Assembly: GCA_002791545.1 (NCBI GenBank)
Contig: PFXG01000010.1
Span: 40,161 to 104,160 of the forward strand
Origin: Zetaproteobacteria bacterium CG_4_9_14_3_um_filter_49_83
GTDB taxonomy: Bacteria; Pseudomonadota; Zetaproteobacteria; Mariprofundales; Mariprofundaceae
Length of the DNA: 64,000 nucleotides
Reading direction: 5' to 3'
Under the pieces are notes generated by a model that worked only from the letters and a program-made list of their open reading frames with translations, did no database searches and was not told where the DNA came from. Shown one piece after another: positions 10,383 through 22,249 of this stretch (positions within the stretch are counted from its first letter, which is position 1; each line of letters opens with the position of its first letter). Made by a program: the position numbers and the translations under genes.

Positions 10383-11888
10383 ATGGGGATGCATGTGGAT
10401 TCATCTGTTCAGATTTCTGAGTTAATGCAGCAAAGCAATGTGAAGTTTGGTACCAGTGGTGCACGGGGACTGGTAAGTGATATGAATGACCGGGTCTGCT
10501 ATGCCTATACACTGGCTTTTCTCGAATACATGTTACAAGCCGGTTTTACTGAACCCGGTAAACCGGTGATGATTGCCGGAGATTGCCGGGCCAGCTCTGC
10601 GCGAATTATGGCCGCCGCCGCCAGAGCCGCTAAAGATGTCGGTCTGAACCCTGTGCATTGCGGAAAAATTCCGACGCCGGCGCTGGCTCTGGCAGCGTTG
10701 GAGCACCAGTGCGCTGGCGTCATGGTGACCGGCAGTCATATCCCGGATGATCGCAATGGCATGAAGTATTACCGGCCCGATGGTGAAGTGCTGAAATCTG
10801 ACGAACAGGCAATTTATCAGGCCCGGATCACTTTGCCTGAACATATCTTTACTGCTGACGGTTCGTTTGCGGTAGCTGAAGTTTTGCCGGAGCTTGATGC
10901 TTCGGCATCACGGGCATATATCGCCCGCTATGTCGATGTGTTTTCCGCTGATGCACTTTCCGGTTTGAAAATCGGGGTGTATCAGCACTCTTCGGTGGCT
11001 CGGGAAATGATGGTTGAGCTGATTGAAGCCCTGGGTGGAGAAGTGGTTCGTCTGGGTTATTCTGAGGCGTTTATTCCAGTGGATACCGAGGCTATCCGGC
11101 AGGAAGATGTTGATCTGGCGCGCAAGTGGTCGCTTGAGTTCGGGCTTGATAGTATTATTTCAACCGATGGTGATGCGGACAGGCCCTTGATCAGCGACGA
11201 GAAAGGTGAATGGTTGCGTGGTGATGTGGCTGGTATTCTCTGCGCCCGGTTTTTGGCTGTTGAGCATGTTGTAACCCCTGTGAGCAGCAATTCTGCAGTG
11301 GAAAAATCGCAATATTTCAGACAGGTGATGCGTACCAGAATCGGTTCTCCATACGTCATCGATGCGATGAATTTACTCCTGCAAGAAGGCCATTTAAATG
11401 TTGCCGGATATGAAGCCAATGGTGGTTTTCTCATTGCCAGTGACTTGATGCTGAATGGGAAATCCATGAAAGCTTTGCCGACACGCGATGCCATTATTGT
11501 ATTGCTGACTATTCTGGTTCAGTCCCGGCAAAGCGGTCAGGCGATATCCGCTTTGCTGAAAGCTTTACCACAGCGATTCACGTTCAGTGATCGCATCAAG
11601 AATTTTCCATCCGCTGATAGCCAGAAGATGTTGGCGATTTTCAATTCAGGCCATGCAGAAGCGGATGTAAGCGCGGCGGATCTGATTTTTTCTGAACTTT
11701 TCGGCCCGGCCGCTTCGATAGATTCTACGGATGGAGCCAGAATTTCATTGGAATCCGGTGAAGTTATTCACCTCAGGGCATCCGGTAATGCGCCAGAATT
11801 GCGTTGCTATAATGAAGCAGGATCTGAAGAGCGTGTGCGGGATATGAACGCCATGTGTATGAAAGTTTTAAGCGATTGGAAAGCTTAA
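10383..11888 (+). CDS. phosphoglucomutase/phosphomannomutase family protein
   Basis: Active-site loop VTGSHIPDDRNGMKYY and metal loop STDGDADRP. The start could also be 10392. Confidence 0.88.
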   Translation: MGMHVDSSVQISELMQQSNVKFGTSGARGLVSDMNDRVCYAYTLAFLEYMLQAGFTEPGKPVMIAGDCRASSARIMAAAARAAKDVGLNPVHCGKIPTPALALAALEHQCAGVMVTGSHIPDDRNGMKYYRPDGEVLKSDEQAIYQARITLPEHIFTADGSFAVAEVLPELDASASRAYIARYVDVFSADALSGLKIGVYQHSSVAREMMVELIEALGGEVVRLGYSEAFIPVDTEAIRQEDVDLARKWSLEFGLDSIISTDGDADRPLISDEKGEWLRGDVAGILCARFLAVEHVVTPVSSNSAVEKSQYFRQVMRTRIGSPYVIDAMNLLLQEGHLNVAGYEANGGFLIASDLMLNGKSMKALPTRDAIIVLLTILVQSRQSGQAISALLKALPQRFTFSDRIKNFPSADSQKMLAIFNSGHAEADVSAADLIFSELFGPAASIDSTDGARISLESGEVIHLRASGNAPELRCYNEAGSEERVRDMNAMCMKVLSDWKA

Positions 11889-11956
11889 GCCGGGCTATTT
11901 TTGAATCATTGAGGGCAAAGCAGTAAGCCGCAATAAAATTCATGAATAGTCCGGGC
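11889..11956. repeat. REP/MITE-like palindromic element (short copy)
   Basis: GCCGGGCTATTTTTGAAT pairs with the reverse complement of ATTCATGAATAGTCCGGGC at 15 of 18 positions, with one 1-nt gap. The right half (GCAATAAAATTCATGAATAGTCCGGGCAAGCTA) parallels 10349-10382. Confidence 0.6.
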
Positions 11957-12037
11957 AAGCTAGAGTGTCATTGACGCATATCTTCATTTTGGTGAGGGTG
12001 CGCAGCCAAAATAAATAGTTTTCAAGGTGTTATTCAC

Positions 12038-14527
12038 ATGTCTGACTCAACCACTCCCAAGTATCATATTACAGATGCACCGCGTCTGGATAAAACATCA
12101 AGAGCTCTGGTGAACGGTATCCAGCGTCACTTTTTGCGAACACTTGGTCAACATACATCCAGTACTTCTCCGCATTATCGTTATCAGGCACTGGCTTATA
12201 CGATTCGTGATCATTTGATGGAAAACTGGAAAAACACCAAAGATGCTTACGAAGAGAAAGATGGTAAGCGTGCATATTATCTGTCGCTGGAATTTCTGAT
12301 GGGCCGGGCACTGGGAAATGCGGTGCTCAATCTTGGTCTGTGTTGCGAAGCTGAAGAGGCTTTGCATGATCTGGGTATGAGCTTTGAAGAAAAAGTTGAA
12401 AGCGAGAAGGATGCGGGCCTGGGTAATGGTGGTCTGGGTCGTCTGGCTGCCTGTTTTGTTGATAGTTGCGCTACCTTGCAATTGCCGGTTATGGGTTACG
12501 GCATTCGCTATGAGTATGGCATGTTCCGTCAAAGAATCGTGAATGGTTTCCAGATGGAGGAACCCGATCACTGGTTGATCAATGGCAATGTATGGGAAAT
12601 TGAACGTCCTGAGTATATTCAGTCCATTCAGTTTGGTGGCCGCAGCGAGCATTATACAGATGAAGATGGAATGCCACGCGTGCGTTGGGTGAATAGCAAG
12701 GATGTTCTGGCTATTCCTTTTGATACGCCGGTTCCGGGATATAAAAATGGTACGGTTAACACTTTGCGCTTGTGGAAATCATCCGCTACCGATGAATTCA
12801 ATCTGGGTGAGTTTAATGCCGGCGATTATGCCGAAGCTGTGGCTTCAAAGAACCAGGCCGAAGATATCTCCATGGTGCTTTATCCGAATGATGCCAGTGA
12901 AAATGGTAAAGAATTACGCTTGCGTCAGCAGTATTTTCTGGCCAGTGCCAGTCTCAAGGATGTGATGCGCCAATGGACGAGAGTTCATGGTGAAGATTTC
13001 ACTCACTTTGCCGAGAAAAATGTTTTTCAGCTGAACGACACCCATCCGACAGTATCAGTGGCCGAGCTAATGCGCCTCTTAATGGATCAATACAAACATG
13101 ACTGGGATAGCGCCTGGGCGATCACCAGCAAAACGCTGGCTTATACCAATCACACCTTACTGCCGGAGGCGCTGGAGCGCTGGCCTGTCTATCTGTTCGG
13201 CCGTTTGTTGCCACATCTGCTGGAAATTATTTACGAAATTAACGCCAGATTTCTGGCTGAAGTTGCCAAAAAGTGGCCGGGTGATGTGGCACGTATGAGT
13301 CGCATGTCTATTATCGAAGAGGGTGATGTTCAACAGGTGCGCATGGCCTATCTGGCAATTGTCGGCAGTTTTTCGGTGAATGGTGTGGCGCAGTTACACT
13401 CGGATTTACTGAAAGAAGGGCTGTTCTCCGATTTTAACGAGATGTGGCCTGAAAAATTTAACAATAAAACTAATGGCGTAACGCAACGTCGCTGGATGGC
13501 TTGGTGTAATAAGCCGCTGTCAGCCCTGATTTCATCCAGAATTGGTGATGGATGGATAACTGATCTGGATCAGTTGAAGCAGTTGGCACCGTTGGTGGAT
13601 GATGCTGAGTTCCGCCAACAGTGGGCGGCCTGTAAATACCAGAATAAAGAGCGCCTGGCTGAACTGGTTCAACAGGAATGCCGTGTGACATTCAGTCCGG
13701 ATGCGATGTTCGATGTTCAGGTAAAACGGATCCATGAATACAAGCGTCAGTTATTGAATGTATTACATGTGATTCATTTGTACGAGCGAATTAAGCGTGG
13801 TGATACGCAGAACTGGACACCGCGTTGTGTGCTGATTGGCGGTAAGGCGGCACCCGGCTACTATATGGCCAAGCAAATCATCAAGCTGGTCAGCAATGTG
13901 GCGGCAGTGGTGAATAACGATCCTGAAGTCGGAGATTTGCTGAAAGTTGTTTTCTTCCCGAATTATCGTGTGTCAGCCATGGAAGTTATTTGTCCGGCTG
14001 CTGATTTATCTGAACAGATTTCGACTGCCGGTAAGGAAGCGTCAGGTACGGGCAATATGAAGTTTATGATGAATGGTGCTTTGACCATTGGTACGCTGGA
14101 TGGCGCGAATATCGAAATTCGCGAAGAAGTCGGTGATGAAAATTTCTTCCTGTTCGGTTTGACGGCTGAAGAGGTTGAGGCAGCACGTTCTTCTTATAAT
14201 CCGAATGAAATTATTGCTTCAGATGATGATTTTACGCGTGTTATGCAGATGCTGGACAGCGGCCAGTTCAATAAGAAAGAGCCTGGTTTATTTGCCTCCA
14301 TTTGCGGTTCAATTCGCAGTCCTTTTGATCCATGGCTGGTTGCAGCTGATTTCAGATCATATCTTGATGCTCAGGTCGCTGCTGCCGAGGCATTTCAGGA
14401 TAAGGAAAACTGGACACGTATGAGTATTTTAAATACAGCTTACAGTGGCAAGTTCTCCACCGACCGTACGATGCAGGATTATAATCGTGAAATCTGGGGT
14501 CTGACTCCGATCAAGCCAAATAAATAA
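12038..14527 (+). CDS. glgP: glycogen/alpha-glucan phosphorylase
   Basis: 829 aa. PLP-lysine region EASGTGNMKFMMNGALTIGTLDGANIE; GLGNGGLGRLAACF. Confidence 0.97.
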   Translation: MSDSTTPKYHITDAPRLDKTSRALVNGIQRHFLRTLGQHTSSTSPHYRYQALAYTIRDHLMENWKNTKDAYEEKDGKRAYYLSLEFLMGRALGNAVLNLGLCCEAEEALHDLGMSFEEKVESEKDAGLGNGGLGRLAACFVDSCATLQLPVMGYGIRYEYGMFRQRIVNGFQMEEPDHWLINGNVWEIERPEYIQSIQFGGRSEHYTDEDGMPRVRWVNSKDVLAIPFDTPVPGYKNGTVNTLRLWKSSATDEFNLGEFNAGDYAEAVASKNQAEDISMVLYPNDASENGKELRLRQQYFLASASLKDVMRQWTRVHGEDFTHFAEKNVFQLNDTHPTVSVAELMRLLMDQYKHDWDSAWAITSKTLAYTNHTLLPEALERWPVYLFGRLLPHLLEIIYEINARFLAEVAKKWPGDVARMSRMSIIEEGDVQQVRMAYLAIVGSFSVNGVAQLHSDLLKEGLFSDFNEMWPEKFNNKTNGVTQRRWMAWCNKPLSALISSRIGDGWITDLDQLKQLAPLVDDAEFRQQWAACKYQNKERLAELVQQECRVTFSPDAMFDVQVKRIHEYKRQLLNVLHVIHLYERIKRGDTQNWTPRCVLIGGKAAPGYYMAKQIIKLVSNVAAVVNNDPEVGDLLKVVFFPNYRVSAMEVICPAADLSEQISTAGKEASGTGNMKFMMNGALTIGTLDGANIEIREEVGDENFFLFGLTAEEVEAARSSYNPNEIIASDDDFTRVMQMLDSGQFNKKEPGLFASICGSIRSPFDPWLVAADFRSYLDAQVAAAEAFQDKENWTRMSILNTAYSGKFSTDRTMQDYNREIWGLTPIKPNK

Positions 14528-14556
14528 ACCAAATAAATAAGCCCACAGATGCTGCT

Positions 14557-16507
<1,951 letters not shown>

Positions 16508-16532
16508 CATCGCAGGGACTTAGTTATCCATG

Positions 16533-16541
16533 TGATATAAT
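16533..16541 (+). promoter_or_regulatory. candidate extended -10 promoter element (TGATATAAT)
   Basis: TGnTATAAT match lies about 30 nt upstream of the CBS-protein start. No good -35. Confidence 0.3.
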
Positions 16542-16570
16542 GAAGTCATGACAAAGGTAAGGAGGGCATC

Positions 16571-17035
16571 ATGCTGACTGCAAGAGATATAATGAACCCG
16601 GAACCACCATATTGCCAACTGGATACACCTTTACTGGAAATATCTCGCAGGTTTGCCGATGAGGCCATGCACGGTATGCTGGTGGTGGATGATGAGATGC
16701 GCCTTTTGGGTGTGATTACTCAAAGTGATCTGATTGATCAGCAGGCTAACCTTCATTTGCCGACTGCGATTGCCATCTTCGATATGGTCATCCCATTCGG
16801 CGAGAAACGATTCCAGAAAGAGATGGATTGTTTTCAGGCCATCGTTGCTAGCGATATTATGGTTGAAGATGTCAGAACCGTGGATGCAGATGCTAAAATG
16901 ATGGATGTAGCCAGCATCATGAGTGATGAGCATATTCACCATTTACCAGTGCTGGAAAACGGCTCTGTCATCGGCTGGGTGACCAAGGGCGATATGATCG
17001 GGGCGCTGGCCAAACATATCCAACGCGATCAGTAA
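16571..17035 (+). CDS. CBS domain pair protein
   Basis: Two CBS repeats (MHGMLVVDDEMRLLGVITQSDL; IHHLPVLENGSVIGWVTKGDM). AAGGAGG lies before the ATG. Confidence 0.85.
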   Translation: MLTARDIMNPEPPYCQLDTPLLEISRRFADEAMHGMLVVDDEMRLLGVITQSDLIDQQANLHLPTAIAIFDMVIPFGEKRFQKEMDCFQAIVASDIMVEDVRTVDADAKMMDVASIMSDEHIHHLPVLENGSVIGWVTKGDMIGALAKHIQRDQ

Positions 17036-17045
17036 CGGGCGGTTG

Positions 17046-17483
17046 ATGTCGATATTATTGCAAAATGAGCAGGCGACTATCCATTTTGCACAAGAATTCT
17101 CAAAGCGTATCCATCCGGGTACGGTGATTGCCTTGTCAGGCAATCTTGGTGCAGGTAAAAGTTTCTTTGCGCGCGCATTGATGCGCGCTCTGGGAGTGCA
17201 GGATCACGCTTTACCCAGTCCGAGTTTTTCGATTATTCAAGAGTATCGGGGTATTTTAGCTGATGGTATACCTGTTCGGGTAGCGCATATGGATTGGTAC
17301 CGCTTGTCCGGCCCCGATGAAGTTGAAACGCTTGCTGTGCGTGATTATTTCGATGAGCCATGGGTCAGTATTATCGAATGGCCGGAAGTTGCGCTCGAAT
17401 TGCTGCCTGTCGATACCGTTCGTGTGCATTTTGAATATGTTCCCGATGAGCGTAACGCTCGATACGTTAGGTATGAAGTTTAA
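17046..17483 (+). CDS. tsaE: tRNA t6A37 biosynthesis ATPase TsaE
   Basis: P-loop LSGNLGAGKSFFARALMRALGV and HMDWYRL motif, typical of YjeE/TsaE. Confidence 0.9.
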   Translation: MSILLQNEQATIHFAQEFSKRIHPGTVIALSGNLGAGKSFFARALMRALGVQDHALPSPSFSIIQEYRGILADGIPVRVAHMDWYRLSGPDEVETLAVRDYFDEPWVSIIEWPEVALELLPVDTVRVHFEYVPDERNARYVRYEV

Positions 17484-17676
17484 ATCGACCACCTGTTAAG
17501 GATTGAAAGTGGCTTGTGGCGCTGATTTTCTGCATGTCCGCTTTCGGCCAGCATCAGATGATCAGTACTTTATAAAAGTAGAAGGTATAGGCCTTAAGCT
17601 ACACAACCCGTAGGTAAGAAAAGCGAAGCGTCATCCGGCAAAACATTCATCCTTTACCTGATCGTGTATGGGGGGC

Positions 17677-18369
17677 TTAAAAGATGAGTTCCCGTTTCAC
17701 TGGCAGGCCTTCGGCATCTTGTAGCAGCGTTTCAAACAATGTGGTTGATGTGCATGCGCCATTGGCGTGAGCTTCATGAATCAGGTGAAGCACAGGGTTC
17801 TTTCCCGTGAAAGAAATCAACTGACCGGATTCAGACAGCAGGCTGCGAAGGTGCGCAGGAATTTTTTCCAGAGCCGTTCCGATGACAATAATATCGTACG
17901 GCCCCTGAATACTATCGCACTGCTGCATCGCAGACTCATCCATGGCATTAATATTGAGCAGGGTTACATTATCAATGCCATGATCGGACAGATTCTTTTC
18001 TGCTTGCCGGGTCAATTCGGCGTGAATGTCACAAGAAGTAACATGGCCGGAACGTAAAGCGAGGAGGTTGGTCAGGTATCCGGAACCGGTACCGATTTCA
18101 AGTACACGATCCTGTCCTGTGAAGCTCAGTTGTTGCATGATCGTGGCTTCCTGCAAGGGGCTGTGCATTTCCTGACCACAAGGAAGCGGTACTCTGCCTT
18201 CCATATAAGCCAGGCTTCTTACGTGTTCAGGGACATAGTCTTCTCTTGGCATGGATGCCAGCATGTCCAGTAAATCAGGATCAAGGACTTTACAGCAGCG
18301 GATCTGATATTCGATCATATTTCGACGAGCAATCATGAATGTATCGTTTGAATTTGAGACGCCTGACAT
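17677..18369 (-). CDS. pcm: protein-L-isoaspartate O-methyltransferase family protein
   Basis: SAM motif I VLEIGTGSGYLTNLLA; length and order of motifs fit Pcm-like methyltransferases. Confidence 0.8.
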   Translation of the reverse strand: MSGVSNSNDTFMIARRNMIEYQIRCCKVLDPDLLDMLASMPREDYVPEHVRSLAYMEGRVPLPCGQEMHSPLQEATIMQQLSFTGQDRVLEIGTGSGYLTNLLALRSGHVTSCDIHAELTRQAEKNLSDHGIDNVTLLNINAMDESAMQQCDSIQGPYDIIVIGTALEKIPAHLRSLLSESGQLISFTGKNPVLHLIHEAHANGACTSTTLFETLLQDAEGLPVKRELIF

Positions 18370-18459
18370 CGGAACACCCCTTTCCTAAAAGTAGGTCAAA
18401 TATGAAGTAGTTTTCATCTAAAGACAAGCTCGATATTGTTCAACGGCGAGGCTTGAGTG

Positions 18460-19377
18460 CTACTCGGCTAAGTTGATTTGCCTGCGTTTTACGACGTTTC
18501 TTTTGAAATCACCGGGTTCAATAACGGTTACGCCATTGGCGATGACTTCAAGCATGGTTGAATTGCCGGAGGTCATCCAAACGGCTGATTCAGGTGTTTC
18601 AACTGCAAGTTGTCCGCCTTTTTTAATCAGATCCTGACGCAACGGGGCGGTGGCATCTTCACTGGCATACACCTCAAGCCAGATGTCGCCCTGAATGGCT
18701 TTGAAAACAAAGGTATTGCTGGTGGCTTTAATGCTTGTGTCAGCGCTTTCTGGCGTGGCTGCTACGGGGCTGCTTGTGTTGCTGTTTGTTTGAACAGGCT
18801 CGGTTTGAACAAGCTCGGCCTGATTATTATTTGTCTCCGGTTCCGGCGTTTGTTGCTGCGCTGCGGAGTTATAGCTTAAATCAGTCGTTATGTTTTCTGG
18901 CACAGGCAGAGGTGCTAATGGCTGCTCAGAAGCTGTTGGATGGCTGGTAGATGTCTCTTTCGGGTGGTCGCCGGCATTCCAGAAAATGTTAAAAATGACG
19001 ATGAGAAAAACAAATAATAATGCAGCAACAATGACCCATGATTTATTCGGGGCAATCGGTGGATCCGGAAAGGTTAGCGGTTTGGTCAGTTTGTATTCAT
19101 CGGATTTCAGCAGGGTGATTTCGTGGTCGATATCGATGCCAAGAAATTTGGCATATTGACGCAGGAAACCCAGCGCATATACCGCTTCAGGCAGCTCTGA
19201 CCAGTTGCCCGATTCAAGCGCCTGGATGTACGATAAGCGAAGCTTCAGATTCTGGGCAATTTTCTCTTTGGATAAGCCGCCGGATTCACGTGCTTCATGT
19301 AGCGATTTCCCGATGTGAACGAGTAGTTCTTCGCGTGTTGGTTTGATTTCAATATCGGGCTGTTTTTTCTCACTCAT
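18460..19377 (-). CDS. rodZ: cytoskeleton protein RodZ (HTH + TM + DUF4115)
   Basis: N-terminal HTH LSKEKIAQNLKLRLSYIQALESGNW, one TM (WVIVAALLFVFLIVIFNIF), a low-complexity linker and a C-terminal beta domain. Conserved pilW-rodZ neighbourhood. Confidence 0.85.
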   Translation of the reverse strand: MSEKKQPDIEIKPTREELLVHIGKSLHEARESGGLSKEKIAQNLKLRLSYIQALESGNWSELPEAVYALGFLRQYAKFLGIDIDHEITLLKSDEYKLTKPLTFPDPPIAPNKSWVIVAALLFVFLIVIFNIFWNAGDHPKETSTSHPTASEQPLAPLPVPENITTDLSYNSAAQQQTPEPETNNNQAELVQTEPVQTNSNTSSPVAATPESADTSIKATSNTFVFKAIQGDIWLEVYASEDATAPLRQDLIKKGGQLAVETPESAVWMTSGNSTMLEVIANGVTVIEPGDFKRNVVKRRQINLAE

Positions 19378-19380
19378 GAA

Positions 19381-20139
19381 TTACCACTCCGATACATATT
19401 TTAACTGATCACTGGCCCAAACTTTTTGCGTGGGCTCCTGAACCTGGCCGCGAAAGGTGTTGAGTATTTGTCTGGCGGTAGAAGCATTGCGCTGGGTTTT
19501 CAGAAGGTCCAGATAATCAGCAACGACGACCTGGTCGATCGGGTCACGTCGCAATAAAGTTTCATAAAGCGAACCTGCATAGTCCAGACGTCCGGACTCT
19601 CTGTAGATTCTGGCTTCTTTGATTGATGGCAGGCTACTGCGTGGCTGTAATAATCCGGCTTTGCGGTAGTTCATGATTGCGCCATCGAATTGCTTTAGGC
19701 CAGCCAGCGCATCACCCAAATTAATAAATGCGACAAATTGACCGCTGTAGCTGGGGTCGGACAGTGCCTGGCGAAGCTCTTTCTCGGCTTCTTCATAGCG
19801 CTCCAGAGAAACCAGAAGGCTACCGTAATTGGTATGTGTGGATGAACCGGCACCGGCATGCAGTGCCTGTTTGTAAAAGTTCTCAGATTGAACGAAATCG
19901 CCACGAACACGCCATGCATAAGCTAATGCGTCAAGAACTTCCGGTTGTTTGGGATTGATTTCATTGGCTCTAATTAATGATTCAAATGCCTTTGGCATCT
20001 GGTTTTTATGCAGTGCATCGATACCGATCTGATATTGCAGCTTGGCACGTTTGTGATCCTTCTCAGTCTGAGCTTTGGAGCCATTCTGGCATCCGCCGGT
20101 CATCAAAACGATCAGGCAAAGCAAAAACAACGCTTTCAA
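19381..20139 (-). CDS. pilW: type IV pilus biogenesis/stability TPR lipoprotein PilW (PilF-like)
   Basis: Signal peptide ending in Cys (MKALFLLCLIVLMTGGC) and TPR repeats. The TTG start overlaps the mtnP stop (TTGA). Confidence 0.8.
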   Translation of the reverse strand: MKALFLLCLIVLMTGGCQNGSKAQTEKDHKRAKLQYQIGIDALHKNQMPKAFESLIRANEINPKQPEVLDALAYAWRVRGDFVQSENFYKQALHAGAGSSTHTNYGSLLVSLERYEEAEKELRQALSDPSYSGQFVAFINLGDALAGLKQFDGAIMNYRKAGLLQPRSSLPSIKEARIYRESGRLDYAGSLYETLLRRDPIDQVVVADYLDLLKTQRNASTARQILNTFRGQVQEPTQKVWASDQLKYVSEW

Positions 20140-21020
20140 AGTAAGCGCTCCACAAGAGCATGAATAGGGCGAAGGGATGAATCAGAGCATTGTTTTAAAT
20201 CAGCGAACAAACCGTGTTCCAGGGCCGATTGGCATGCACAGACGGGGTTGTCTCCCGTGGTTTGAATTGCAGTGGATTTTACGCGATGATCCAGAAAGGA
20301 TTTCAACATGGCTTTTGCCTGCATGACATTGCCTCGCATGACTTCAACCACACTGGAAACAGAAACATTGTCTTCTTCTTCATGCCAGCAATCAAAATCA
20401 GTACACATGGCAACGGTGGCGTAGCAAATTTCAGCTTCACGCGCGAGTTTGGCCTCCGGCATATTGGTCATGCCGATAATGTCCATTCCCCACTGGCGAT
20501 AAAGGTTTGATTCTGCCCGGGTGGAAAACTGCGGGCCTTCCATCACCAGATAGGTTCCGCCCAGGTGCGTTGTGATGGGTTGCTCACAGCAGGCGGCATG
20601 AAGTTCATTCTGTAAACCGGAGCAAATGGGGTCGGCCATGGAAACATGCGCAACCAATGGCCCTTCGAAAAAGGTTGAGGCGCGACTACGGGTACGATCT
20701 ATAAATTGATCCGGCAGAACAAAATCACCGGGTTTGATTTCTTCGCGTAATGAGCCAACAGCTGATATGGAGATGATCTCTTTCACACCGGCGAGCTTCA
20801 TGGCATAGATATTTGCTCTGTAAGGAACATGGTGTGGTGGAAAACTATGATGCTGGCCGTGACGGGGTAAAAAAACAATCTCCTGACCTTGATGAGAGGC
20901 AAGCATAAGTTTGTCGGATGGTTTTCCCCAGGGTGTATCGATGTTCATATAATCCAGAATTTCCAGACCTTCCAGATCGTATAATCCGCTGCCACCGATA
21001 ATGCCAATGCGAGATGTCAT
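20136..21020 (-). CDS. mtnP: S-methyl-5'-thioadenosine phosphorylase
   Basis: IGIIGGSGLYDL N-terminus, FLPRHG and GMTNMPEAKLAREAE motifs of MTAP-type PNP-family enzymes. Confidence 0.9.
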   Translation of the reverse strand: MTSRIGIIGGSGLYDLEGLEILDYMNIDTPWGKPSDKLMLASHQGQEIVFLPRHGQHHSFPPHHVPYRANIYAMKLAGVKEIISISAVGSLREEIKPGDFVLPDQFIDRTRSRASTFFEGPLVAHVSMADPICSGLQNELHAACCEQPITTHLGGTYLVMEGPQFSTRAESNLYRQWGMDIIGMTNMPEAKLAREAEICYATVAMCTDFDCWHEEEDNVSVSSVVEVMRGNVMQAKAMLKSFLDHRVKSTAIQTTGDNPVCACQSALEHGLFADLKQCSDSSLRPIHALVERLL

Positions 21021-21063
21021 GATGTCTCCAGTGTCATAAGTCTCAAATTTAAAATGCTCTATG

Positions 21064-22203
21064 TTACGCTTTTAATGTCTGGTCAGCTTTAAGTTGACCA
21101 CAGGCGGCCATGATATCCTCTCCGCGTGATCGCCTTAGCGTGGCACGAATCCCTTTAGAAATCAAGCGTTGCGAGAATTTATTCATGTTTTCCTTTGATG
21201 ATCCTTGATAAGGGCTGCCCGGATAGGTATTAAACTGGATCAAATTAACGCGTTCTCTCAGTGGATTGGCAAACTTAATTAATGCCGCTGCAAGTTTTTC
21301 ATCATCATTAACGCCGCCAAGCATAACATATTCCAGCGTAATATGACGTTGGCTGGTTAAGGGGTATTCATCCAGACAAGCACGTAGCGCAGCTAAAGGA
21401 TATTTGCGATTGATCGGTACCAGTTCATTACGTAGCTCATCGGTAGCCGCATGCAGGGAAATGGCCAGATTAACCGGAAAAACTTCTCCCAGACGCTGGA
21501 TTTGCGGTACCAGTCCGGAAGTTGATACCGTAATGCGGCGGCGTGAAATATGCAGTCCCTCTTCCGACAGTAGCATGGCAAGGCTCTGGTGGAGGTTTGC
21601 TTCATTGGCCAGCGGTTCACCCATGCCCATATAGACGACATGCGTCAGCTCGTTGTGCAGGTTTTCAGGCATAGGGTTTTCGGACAGGTCGGCCTTGATA
21701 GCCAGAATCTGGGCAATGATTTCACCTGCCGTCAGATTGGTCTCAAAAGCCTGTGTGCCGGTATGGCAGAAAGGGCAATCGAGCACACAACCAACCTGTG
21801 ATGAAATACAAACCGTGCCGCGCTGCTCTTCCGGAATACATACCGATTCGATCATTTTTCCACTGACCCGACTGCGAGTCAGGGCAAAAACATATTTGCG
21901 CGTGCCATCAGTCGAAACCTGTTTATGAATAAGCTTCAGGGGTTGGCAAAGTACTTCTGAAGCGAGTTTTTGCTTGAGTTCAGCCGGTAAATTCCGCATC
22001 TGTTGTGGCTCAAGTACCCCTTTATTACGCCATTGCAGAATTTGTTTGGCACGAAAAGCAGGCATATTCCAGGATTTCATCAGCGCCAGCAGATCTTGCA
22101 GCGACATGGCTGGCAATTGCGGAAGTTCGGCAGCGTTAGGCGCAGGCGTTGTCTGAGCTGAGGTGTTCAGAGGAGGAGTAGAGCTTGTTGAAGGTGGAAT
22201 CAT
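21064..22203 (-). CDS. rlmN: 23S rRNA/tRNA (adenine-C2)-methyltransferase RlmN (radical SAM)
   Basis: GCVLDCPFCHTG radical-SAM cluster motif; FRAKQILQW N-terminal motif. The start is uncertain (ATG 22203, 22251 or 22107). The 443-aa maximal ORF overlaps the divergent gene. Confidence 0.92.
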   Translation of the reverse strand: MIPPSTSSTPPLNTSAQTTPAPNAAELPQLPAMSLQDLLALMKSWNMPAFRAKQILQWRNKGVLEPQQMRNLPAELKQKLASEVLCQPLKLIHKQVSTDGTRKYVFALTRSRVSGKMIESVCIPEEQRGTVCISSQVGCVLDCPFCHTGTQAFETNLTAGEIIAQILAIKADLSENPMPENLHNELTHVVYMGMGEPLANEANLHQSLAMLLSEEGLHISRRRITVSTSGLVPQIQRLGEVFPVNLAISLHAATDELRNELVPINRKYPLAALRACLDEYPLTSQRHITLEYVMLGGVNDDEKLAAALIKFANPLRERVNLIQFNTYPGSPYQGSSKENMNKFSQRLISKGIRATLRRSRGEDIMAACGQLKADQTLKA

Positions 22204-22249
22204 CGACGAATTGTGACAGACATGGGGGTGCTGGGATAGCTTTGCCGTC

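Noticed and set aside
17590-17660. GTAGGTAAGAAAAGCGAAGCGTCATCCGGCA, resembling enterobacterial REP/BIME sequences (GTAGGCCGGATAAGGCG...CATCCGGCA).
   Set aside because: It has no internal stem comparable to true REPs. There is a single occurrence in the window and no similarity to the repeat family found at 10.2, 11.9 and 23.5 kb.
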